A DNA stretch of 62,406 nucleotides, counting the filler, from Vannella sp. (taxonomy: Eukaryota): assembly GCA_023345925.1 (NCBI GenBank). It is 8 parts of 8 records of this genome, joined end to end, with 100 filler letters (N's around TTAATTAATTAA, not from the genome) between each part and the next. Parts side by side here need not be neighbours in the genome. Positions count along the whole stretch, not along the records: positions 1 to 12,224 come from JAJQQN010000876.1; 7 more parts are not named here. One strand, 5' to 3'. Shown piece after piece: positions 1-9,111 of this stretch. The notes under the pieces were generated by a model. It was not told the origin of the DNA. It did no database searches and was given only the letters and a program-made list of their open reading frames with translations. The number at the start of each line of letters is the position of its first letter. Position 1 is the first letter of the stretch. The translations under genes and the position numbers were made by a program.

Positions 1-86
1 ATCTAAGTGCTTTCTTTCCCACTTGTAGTCTATCCGTACCTCCATACCAGAGTCCAGCAGTCTGCTTTACAGATCTATTTGGATTA

Positions 87-1412
87 ATGAATTCTCCTCC
101 ATTGGACTGGAAGTGTGAGATCGCCCACAGAGAGCTGCAAGTGATCTTAGACCAGTGTGTGCAAGAGGAAGATCTCAATGACAAGTCAGAATCGTTCCTT
201 GTTTACTCCTCCTCGATACGATACGCCAGAATGTCAGAGATTCTACTTAGCACAGTTTTTTCTAGTAATTCTAAATACTGGAATGCAGCGGCCTTCTTGT
301 CTCGGTTCTCTTCGCTCGAGTACCTTCATTTGCAACGAATCGATTTACCAAAAAGTGCCAAATGTGATTTGCTTCAATTGCTTCCGGCAGTTTTTCCGAG
401 GTTGAGAAGTTTCCAGTTTATTCATTCTCGGTCGGACAATCATTGCTTGCGTCTCATCTCGGATCTGCTCAATCACCTCCCACTGGAATCCTTGGACATA
501 GCTGGAAACGCATTTACACACTCAGGATTGGCGTTTTTAGCAGCTAATTTACGATCCAATCAATCATTGAAAAGCCTCTCCATCAGTAGCAATCTCATTC
601 CATTGCGATTCCAAGGGGAGCACTCTTATCATCAAGGAATGCGCCCTCACTGGGAACGCGATTACGGCCAAACTGCTGAGAAGGTCCATGATAGTGACTT
701 CGAAAATACACAACGCATGCTGGATTCTTGGCTGGGTACTTACGGAGTCGACACGCTTTTAGAATCCCTCGCAGAAAACTGCTCTCTTCAATTGCTGGAT
801 CTTGGCTATAACGAAATCGAGATTTCATACGTCCAGCAATCCACTTGGCAAAAGCTTAGAAACCAGAACGACACGATTAAGTGGCTCTTGCTGCAAGAAG
901 TGGCAATGGGAGAAGAGGAAGAAAGTGAGTTCAACGGCTTACAATATCTCCCACCTTCAGTGATTTATCTGGATCTCTCCAAAAGCGTCAACACAGAAAG
1001 CATTGTGATTGCAAGGAGCCTCTTATCTGCTTCAAGGAACTTTGATTCTCTCGAAGTGCTGGATCTTTCGGAGTGCGAGCAAGGCTTTGATCAGACATTC
1101 GCCATCCTTCTTTCTGCCCTGCTGAGGATGAGAAGGCTTACAAGCCTCAATCTCAGCTCAAATTCACTCCATGCCGCCCAAGCTCTGGCCATTGTGACAC
1201 TTTTGCTCCAGCATCCGACTTTGAATTCGGTCATTCTCCGCCAAAATTTCCTGAGGGGCAGTGCTATTGCTTTGGCTCTCACAATGTTTCAACACAGAAT
1301 CCTGCCACTCTTTATGGACTTGAGAGAGAACGACATTCTCCCAGAGGATCTTCTCAGAATGGGCACCCAACCAACACCAATCCATATCGACATTCAACTG
1401 ATTGATGAGTAA
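87..1412 (+). CDS. Leucine-rich repeat protein, ribonuclease-inhibitor (RNI)-like
   Basis: 441-aa intronless ORF with repeated LxxLxLxxN units (LESLDIAGN, LKSLSISSN, LQLLDLGYN, LTSLNLSSN). Confidence 0.8.
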   Translation: MNSPPLDWKCEIAHRELQVILDQCVQEEDLNDKSESFLVYSSSIRYARMSEILLSTVFSSNSKYWNAAAFLSRFSSLEYLHLQRIDLPKSAKCDLLQLLPAVFPRLRSFQFIHSRSDNHCLRLISDLLNHLPLESLDIAGNAFTHSGLAFLAANLRSNQSLKSLSISSNLIPLRFQGEHSYHQGMRPHWERDYGQTAEKVHDSDFENTQRMLDSWLGTYGVDTLLESLAENCSLQLLDLGYNEIEISYVQQSTWQKLRNQNDTIKWLLLQEVAMGEEEESEFNGLQYLPPSVIYLDLSKSVNTESIVIARSLLSASRNFDSLEVLDLSECEQGFDQTFAILLSALLRMRRLTSLNLSSNSLHAAQALAIVTLLLQHPTLNSVILRQNFLRGSAIALALTMFQHRILPLFMDLRENDILPEDLLRMGTQPTPIHIDIQLIDE

Positions 1413-1701
1413 AGAGACTCAACCCATTCCCAATTCTCTCCTCCTGGAAGTTCTCGAGAAGAGGAACATTTCGAATCTTCTTTTGCCTTGACACTCCCTC
1501 CATACATGGTGCCATGGGTTAGGTGGTCTCAAGTTGTCCAAAACAAAACAGAGATGAAACAGACTTCGTTTAAAGTAGTTTCGGAGTCCGAAGCGAATTG
1601 TAGGGAATTGCTGGATGAAGTCTTTGCGCATCTCCGGCATATTTATTCCTGCGGACTTGAAATAGATGATCCGTGAGGCCATCCCTTCATTATGGGAGAA
1701 G

Positions 1702-1848
1702 CGGTTTATAAAAACTAGCCATAACCATCCCTGGTTCCCATTGTTTTGTGAGCTGTGGTTATGGTTCATTCAGAAGAAGCAATAGCCATCCCGAAGACAC
1801 CCGAAATCCTTACGGCTTATAAAAACTAGCCATAACCATCCGTGGTTC
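1702..1848. repeat. 36-bp direct repeat, two copies 111 bp apart
   Basis: CGGTTTATAAAAACTAGCCATAACCATCCCTGGTTC (1702-1737) versus CGGCTTATAAAAACTAGCCATAACCATCCGTGGTTC (1813-1848); 34/36 identical. Confidence 0.9.
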
Positions 1849-1906
1849 TCACCCTGATTGAACTCGCGGTCAATCAGTTTTAGAAAGTCATTGTGAAAGG
1901 ATTCAT

Positions 1907-3568
1907 TCACTTCCGAAAGTTCAATTGAATCGCCATGCGAATGGGATGAAGTGTGAGTGAGGGAAGCATGACTGGGACAGGGCCGTTCGCACAAAGCGTA
2001 ATTTGGCAGGATGACAACATGCGCCAAACGATTATCTTCAATTCAATGAGGGCCAAGCGCATTCCGATGCAGCTGCGTGGAGCTCCTCCAAAAGGCAGAT
2101 AATGGAGACTCTGCTCCTCGCTGAGAGGAACTAAGAATCTCTGAGGACGGAACTCTTCAGCATCGTCACCCCAGGCCTTCTTATTTCTCTGTAAAGCCAG
2201 AATGCTGATAAAGATCTCACTTCCGGCAGGAATTGAAGTCCCGCAGATATCTGTTGGAACAATTGAGGTTCGTCCGATGGATGCAGGTGGATAGAGCCGA
2301 AGAACCTCTTTGATTACAGCAGAAAGATACTTCAGCTTCTCAAGGGAGGTAGTAGTTGGCTCCCTTCCCCCGAGGACTTCGTCCAGCTCGCACCGAACTC
2401 GTTCTTGAATCTGGGGATGCTTTCCAAAAAGATAAAGCATCCAGGCCATTGTGGACGCTGTCGTGTCGTGCCCGGCAAAGACGAGCCCAACGCACTCATC
2501 CCGAAGTTGGAGCGCTTCCATCTTCAAGGAAGGTTTGTCAGATTCATCAACTCCTTCCTCAATCATAAGGGATAAGACATCCTCAAACTCCTCCCTCTTT
2601 TGGGGGGACATCCTTAAGCGCTGCTCAATCAATCCAGCAATTCGTGACTTCAAACGATGCAAATGTCGCCAATACCGGATGTTTGCGGGTGTTGGAAGAT
2701 ACTGCCAGAACGGGAATACGCTATCTTGCCATATCTTCCATCCAAGCATGGCTAGAACTACATCAAATGACTCTGCCAAGCTACCATGGAATGGCTCACT
2801 GAAAGTGTACATCCCAATTGTGTCTGAAGTCAGCGATATCATCTCATGGAATGGATCCAATGTTAAACAAAGCACCCCATTGCTATCAACACATGCCAAT
2901 TCTCTCCACTCCTCAATCCGATCGAGTATAAGTCGATCAACGATAGAAATAGCTCTCTGTAGCGTTCGTACAGCGAATCCCAGCTCCAGGATCTTAGTTG
3001 AAAGATCACAAAGACCATTAAGCATGCTACATAGGCTACCAATCAAGGAACACTCACCTTTCGATGCTTCTTCCAGGTGGGACCGGAGACAATCAAGAGA
3101 CTGTCTCCCAGCAGCGGTCTGGACAGCTCATAACCAAAGTTCTTCCGGTAGGATACTCCATCAGAAGCAGAACAGACTGCACGGACCTCTTCTCCTCCTT
3201 GTAGACCAACGAAGGGGACAAGGCCAACGAATCTATGCGAGTGAGCCTTCCCTCTCCCTCCAGAGGCACTCCCATACTCACCCAACGTAGATCGGTCCGT
3301 ACTTTTGTGTGTTAACAATCGCTTCTTGACCAAGAGCGACCATACCGTCCTCCCCGCGCATCAAATACCGAAGGATGGCCCACGTTCGTCCCCCCAGTAG
3401 CCAATGCAAGCCTGCTACAGGGACTGAACAGCTCAGAGCTTGGTTCCTTTGAAACACAACAGAGAACTGCCGAACCAAGCGGACGCCCACCAGGAGTACC
3501 AACAACGCGATCATCGTCACTCCTAGCTCCCCCACCTCCCACATCCGCCCCCAATTGACTCCCTTCAT
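1907..3568 (-). CDS. Cytochrome P450, at least 2 introns
   Basis: N-terminal TM anchor, I-helix AGHDTT, K-helix EVLR, FRPQRF and heme motif FGGAPRSCIG. GTGAGT...AG introns near 3233-3281 and 2993-3057 join three ORF pieces. Confidence 0.95.
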
Positions 3569-3576
3569 GTCTCCTT

Positions 3577-3980
3577 ATGATACGGAGGGATCGTTCTTTT
3601 CGAGTTCTCTTGGAGATAAAGATACGAAGGCCAGTTGGGACATTCTGGAGACGAAAAGGTGTTCTTTCCCATCAGCAGTATCCCTTGCATCGCGCCCTCA
3701 CTTTGAGTGAAGAAGGTGCGTGGAATTGGGATACGCAATTGGGGGACGTCGATCAGCCTGCAAACGACTTGGAAATGCCAGAAGAGGCTTTCGCGATATT
3801 TGTCTAGGAGGGAACCACTCTCTCCTTTTCGATGTTTGTCCAGGAGGGAACCACTCTCTCCTTTTCTTACCGAAAGGAAATCTTTTTGTTTTTGGATACA
3901 ACTGCGATGGGACTGTTGGCTTCAACACGACTGACAATCATTCCATTCCCACCATCTGCCCACTTGTAAGCAACTTCTGA
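3577..3980 (+). pseudogene. Degenerate RCC1-repeat fragment
   Basis: RCC1-like pieces in different frames: DTEGSFFS, SWR*RYEGQLGH, TQLG, and VCPGGNHSLLFLPKGNLFVFGYNCDGTVG. They are separated by a stop and frameshifts. Confidence 0.55.
3794..3866. repeat. 36-bp tandem duplication
   Basis: CGATATTTGTCTAGGAGGGAACCACTCTCTCCTTTT followed directly by a copy with 2 mismatches. Confidence 0.9.
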
Positions 3981-4224
3981 ACGAGGGACGGAAACAAGAG
4001 GGTGAGGGTTTATTGAAAAATTAATCTGAATAGAATCGGATCAGGACCATTCCTATGTAACACCACTCAGCTGGCTCCCGTCATCCTGTCCTCTGCAAAC
4101 GGAAGAGCGCTCGTTTCTAAACTTCGCTCTTTCTGTGAGCTCCCAAGGACACCCGGGACTCCAGATTCCCTTCGACTCTTTGCTGATGGTCCAAGTTAAC
4201 AGGGTAAACGCAAGTTTATAGGAA

Positions 4225-4845
4225 TCAGAACATGTCAAAGTTAGAGTGGTCAATCAAGTCTAACACTGGAGTATGTTGCACATTGTCTCCTCCCCAGTCA
4301 AATAGTGGTTGTTGGTTGTTCAATTGGAAACGATCTGGGCGACTGCGCGAGAAAACGAACGCCCGTCGAGAAGGAGATGGCCCTTGAATGCCTCGTTCAT
4401 ACCAAACGAAAGAGTAGTGAGCTTCTAACAGACTATCCGAGGCTTGAATGAGCCACGTCCTGAGAGGCAAGTTTTCGGCAAAGAGATGGGCGTGCTCCAC
4501 TTCGCTTAGCGATAAATGAAGAGAACCATCCACTGAGGTCAGGTTGGCGAATGAGACTAGCTGGGGCAATCCCCAATCAGTTCCTGGACGGAGGTCCAGA
4601 GGATGTACGCAACCTCTTATGAATGAAGAGTGGCCTGAGCGTGGGGGTTCTTGTGAGGGAACAGAGTCCCAAGTCTGAAACGAACCCAAGCCCAAATGAG
4701 CTTCAAATTCCTTCACCGCAGCAGCTTGCGAGGAAGTCAGCCCGTGGGCTGCAAACATGAGAGATATGCAGGAGAATTGTTCCTTCGCGGCCGATCGAGA
4801 TGAGATTACTTTTAGCTCTTTCTCCTTATATGGACAATTCTTCAT
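4225..4845 (-). CDS. Hypothetical protein (structure uncertain, possibly spliced)
   Basis: 206-aa ORF with no recognisable motif. Confidence 0.3.
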   Translation of the reverse strand: MKNCPYKEKELKVISSRSAAKEQFSCISLMFAAHGLTSSQAAAVKEFEAHLGLGSFQTWDSVPSQEPPRSGHSSFIRGCVHPLDLRPGTDWGLPQLVSFANLTSVDGSLHLSLSEVEHAHLFAENLPLRTWLIQASDSLLEAHYSFVWYERGIQGPSPSRRAFVFSRSRPDRFQLNNQQPLFDWGGDNVQHTPVLDLIDHSNFDMF

Positions 4846-5085
4846 GTTTTGAACCCCGTCGGTCCATCAGCTCTTCAAAGCTTGCAAATTATCCAATTGA
4901 TAGTCATTTTGTGAAGCGGAAAGCCTTCTTTTGTGGAACTCCTTTTCTGGACAACGTTTACTTGAATGATTGCCGATCGTGCGATTCTCATTGACTGAAG
5001 TTGCGATTAGCAATCAACCCAATTCGGCACAAACTCCGTGGAATCGCGATTGCGATTGCGGCTGAGATGATTTCATGATTGCCAA

Positions 5086-5594
5086 TCAACCAGTTACATT
5101 TTCCTTCGCATTGAAGTGGTAAGCACTCCGGCCCCTTCCTGATATGTTGTACCGGACTCCTACCTCCTCGAACAACTGTTCAGCGGAACTCTTCCAGAAT
5201 GGCCCAATTTGATTTTGATCAATCTGAGGTTGCTGTGAGCACTCATCGTTGTTGAAGAGGGAGGACAACTGCTTCACTTGATATATTTTGGACCCTTTTG
5301 CTCTCCTTCTCTCAGTCCAAGTGCAATTCGCACAGCAACGCCCTCTTCAAGTGATGGCGATCGAGGAACGAGCACTGCATCAGATTCACCCTCTCCATTG
5401 CCCACAGAATCAGAATCATCAGTATGTACGCTCTCCTCAAGCAATCTCGAAAGCCGCTCGTCATCAATCAGCTCCTCGGCCAGTCCTCTTTTCTCCATAA
5501 GCCCTTTCCTAATCGTCTCCGTATTCGCCTCATGGTGGCTGGCTTGGTTGCTTAGGCCGTAGAATAATCGGCCCATCAACGAGACAGAACGCAT
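5086..5594 (-). CDS. Hypothetical protein (possibly spliced)
   Basis: Two abutting ORFs (106 and 63 aa) with an acidic, protein-like segment; no motif. Confidence 0.3.
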
Positions 5595-5810
5595 CCTTTC
5601 ATGCTGACGAGAACGTGCTCAGATCCCCCTATTTCTTTTCACTTCCCTTCTCATAAACGTGGCCAATTAGGCCCTCGCATCGAAAAAGCTCAACTTTCAA
5701 TCCAATCTGCAGATGCGTTTTTTGGCAGCTCCAGCCACATCTGCCACCTAATGGCCGTTCCATGAATTCCAACTCTATCCTGGGACATTCTAGAGCATGA
5801 TAAGTGCGCT

Positions 5811-6568
5811 TTAAGCTTTGGAAGAGCGAGAGAAGGTGGACTTGAAAGCTTCTCGAGCTGTCAAACGCTCCTGATAGGCGATGATCGCTGGATAGTCAAC
5901 CAGGAGCTCTCCCTTTCGGATGATCGATGCCCACCACACGTTGTACCCAATCTGAAGCAGAGGTGAGCCCACCAGAAGAGAAGGGAAGGAAGGGGCGCAC
6001 CACGCAGTCTGCCACGGTGAAGTGGTCCCCACAGATCCACTGTTTGCCCTCCAAATGGGCATTGAGAGTGCGGGCGAATGTAGTGAAGCGCTTGCGCTGC
6101 TTGCTGATCAGAGCCTCATCACGCCTCTCTTCGGGAGTGTGAGTCAGCTGCATGTAGAGCGGCTCCAGGATCTGGTCTCCAGTACTAGTGGCAAGAAAGA
6201 TCCACTAAAGATCCAATGGCAGTGTCAGGCGGTGTTGGGAAGACGTCAGGAGTGCATACATTGAAATAGGAACCCGCCTCCCCTTCCCTTGGAAGGAGGC
6301 TTCGCGCAGCTGCTTCGGATTGGTACAAATCAGCGACATACATGCAGATCGCTCCACTCTCAAGTAACAGCTCCCCATGGGGAAGCCTCAAAGCAGGAAT
6401 CGTACGGAAAGGATGAACTTCTCCGTAGGCTTCGAGGGCTGCCGGGTTCCCATGCAACGACACCTTTTCCACCTCAAACTCGCTCTCCTTTCCCAACTCT
6501 GCAATCACCCAAGCACAGCGAGAGGAACGGAAAGGGTAGCTGTGGTAAAGGACGTGGCGTTGGCTCAT
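5811..6568 (-). CDS. Glutathione S-transferase, 3 exons
   Basis: MSQRHVLYHSYPFRSSRC..., HPFRTIPAL (cis-Pro loop), ESGAICMY and GDHFTVAD N-cap. Introns GTATGC...TTTAG and GTGCGC...TTCAG restore a full ORF ending in TAA at 5811. Confidence 0.93.
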
Positions 6569-6735
6569 AAGGAGACGGGACAGAATGAGGGGGAAATGCC
6601 CTTTTGACCAATCCCCAGAGGTCAAGAACCCAAATGGCTTGAGTGTGATGCACGTTTAGACATGGAAAGTAAGAGATACCGGACTGGGTCAAAGGAGGTG
6701 ATCCGCAACACCGCCTTTGGCTGAACGTCGTACTC

Positions 6736-6776
6736 CTCAATGGAAGGCGGCCAAGGCTTTAAGCCTTCCACTTCAT
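6736..6776 (-). promoter_or_regulatory. Eukaryotic SECIS element (type II) in the selenoprotein 3' UTR
   Basis: Minus strand ATGA-AGTGGAAGGCTT-AAA-GCCTTGGCC-GCCTTCCAT-TGAG fits AUGA-N12-AA-N20-GA. It has a 9-bp helix II (GTGGAAGGC/GCCTTCCAT) and an apical mini-stem GCC/GGC. Confidence 0.9.
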
Positions 6777-6829
6777 AGGATTGGTTTCTCACACAAACCA
6801 TGAATGACGTGCCAAGACGAAGACTCGTC

Positions 6830-7173
6830 TTAAGGGGAGAACCCTGCTGCCTGCATGGCAGCCACGGTTTCACCCGCAGCAGGGAACTTGCCGGTGGTTA
6901 GCTTCGACCAGAACTCTGTCAGTCGGATGAGAACTAGAAAAGACCTTCCTTGTAAGCCACTCACGGTTACCACTGTCATCAGTGATCTCGAAGGCGCTCC
7001 CTCTGGGTTTCTTGAGGTTCCCCTCCACCACCGCAGAAGGCCACACAGCCTTGATTTCGTCTCGGATTTTGTTGAATACTCTGCTGTATCCTCACATGGT
7101 GCTGCCCAACCATCAGAAGTCTCCCTAACCTCTCAAAAGCGACTCACCAGTACTCAATGTGGATTCTCGGCAT
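6830..7173 (-). CDS. SELENOW-like: Selenoprotein, SelW/Rdx family (CxxU), 82 aa; exons 7173-7148, 7101-6965, 6915-6830
   Basis: Spliced product MPRIHIEYCTMUGYSRVFNKIRDEIKAVWPSAVVEGNLKKPRGSAFEITDDSGNQFWSKLTTGKFPAAGETVAAMQAAGFSP*. In-frame TGA at 7094-7092, Rdx motifs FEI and WSKxxxGxFP, and a downstream SECIS. Confidence 0.92.
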
Positions 7174-7362
7174 TGCGACGACAAATAAATGAACGAGAAG
7201 GAGCCAATCGGGAACTCCTTCAAACCAAAATTTTCGGAACTTTTCAACTCCGAAAAAATGAACCCCAAAGGCCTCCGAATCTTAGATTTGTCATTCATTT
7301 GTGATATCGGAGCAATTTCCAGGTGGAATCGGCTCGGAAAGATCAAAAGAGCATTCTTTCTG

Positions 7363-9034
7363 ATGCGGGCGGGCTTGGTGTTGCTGCTGGGGCTTGTGTT
7401 GGCTGTGACAGCCGATGATTTGCGTCCTCAGTATCATGCGGTGCCTCCATCAAACTGGATGAATGACCCGAATGGGCCGATCTTCTACAAGGGGCTGTAT
7501 CATCTCTTCTTTCAGTACAACCCGGACGCCGCGGTCTTTGGTGTCATCAATTGGGGCCACATGGGTGAGTGAGAGCGCTATTCGGTGTGCGCATGCTCTG
7601 AACCCCCGTAGTGAGCTCTGATTTGATCCAGTGGCAGTGGAAGGGCGTGGCCTTGACACCCGGAGAGAACATCTCCGACCCAGACCACACGGGATGCTGG
7701 ACTGGAAGTGCAGCCATCGACACCACAGGAACAAACCTCCCAACTATCATCTACACCGGTGTCCGCACTCCTGATCACTTGGAGAGTCAAATGATCGCCG
7801 TGGCAAAGGATGACGAGATCTCCTCCTGGGTCAAGGCGGACAGCAATCCTATCATTGCAGAACCTCCGTTTAAGGAGCTACCTGGTAGAGTTAGCGGATT
7901 CCGGGATCCCTCCTTCTGGTTCGATGAAGAACTTGGCCAATGGAGGATGATTATCGGTTCGGGTGTGAAAGGAGTGGGCGGGTACATCCTCATGTACACA
8001 GCAGACAAGTTACAGGGCCCTTGGACATACCAGAACCCCCTTTATTACAACAACAACACCCAGTATCATGGGGACATGTGGGAGTGCCCGGACTTCTTCG
8101 AACTCTCCACTATTTCAGGCAACTCCTCTCGCTGGGTGCTCATCTTTGGTGACGATAGAGCACAAAGGAACTTCTACATGATCGGAGCCTTTGACAAGGT
8201 AGCAGGGGTCTTCATTCCAGACCCTGCCTTCCAAAGGGGAGGCCTCATCTTGGATGCAGGCAACTACTACGCTTCGAAGACGATGCTGGATTCCAATAGC
8301 GGCCAGCGTATTCTTTGGGGATGGAGTCCTGAAGCTCGTACCCAAGCTGCCTACAAAGCTGCCGGATGGGCGGGAATCCAAACCATCCCGCGAGTTCTCG
8401 CACTTTGTGAAGATCTCTCAACCCTTCACTTCGCTCCAGTTCCCACTTTGGATGGCATAATCAAGTAAGATCAAAAAACGAGTCAAATGAGCCCTTCTGA
8501 GCTCTTGTCCAGCGGCTTTGCCCAGTCGGGCAACCAAGTCAAAATCAGAGCTTCTTTCCGTTTCCAAACTGGAAGTGAGCAGGTGCGTATCCTTGCAAGA
8601 GAATGTATGCCTTTTCTGAGGAGTTATGCAGGAGGTTGGGCTTTACGTGTTCAAGTCGAGTGACAAAAGGGAATTCACAAAAATCTCTTTTATCCCCAAA
8701 ACCCGGATGCTGACTATTAGCCGGAACGCTTCTTCTCTTTCCCCTGAGGCTGACTCATCTCCCATCTCTCTTGTGGTCCCAAGAAATGAGGTGAAAGACA
8801 ACGAGCTCTATTTAATTGTTCTCCTCGACCACTCCATCATCGAAGTGATCGCAAATAGTGTGGCCTGTATCACTGCGTGAGTATATTCCCTCTTCCCCAC
8901 ATAGAAACTCACAAAGGAGACCAGCCGGGTCTATCCCACTCTTCCCGATAGCACAGGCATCCAATACTACTCGCCCCCCTTCTCCGCCGCCATCGTCGCT
9001 TTCCGGAGCATTTACTCGTCTTGAAACAGACTGA
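7363..9034 (+). CDS. Secreted GH32 beta-fructofuranosidase/invertase, about 4 introns
   Basis: Signal peptide, [31 protein letters not shown] and C-terminal LLDHSIIEV. Confidence 0.95.
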
Positions 9035-9111
9035 CATGAATCCCGTTGTTTCCCATCTATTGGCACCCTTTTCATCGTTCAAAGCTTCATTGAGACGTTT
9101 GGAGAAGCCTG

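Noticed and set aside
1702..1848. 36-bp repeats resembling a CRISPR array
   Set aside because: Only two copies, a 75-bp gap, no cas genes, and a eukaryotic context.
5265..5276. Minus-strand TGA-AGC-AGT-TGT, a possible UxxC second selenoprotein
   Set aside because: No thioredoxin-like context. The nearest downstream ATGA hairpin (~5015-5077) lacks correct AA spacing and the 3' GA.
8586..8593. GTATCCTT, resembling a U12 5' splice site, in a GH32 intron
   Set aside because: No TCCTTAAC-type branchpoint. The upstream CAG|GTGCGT U2 donor already gives the right frame.
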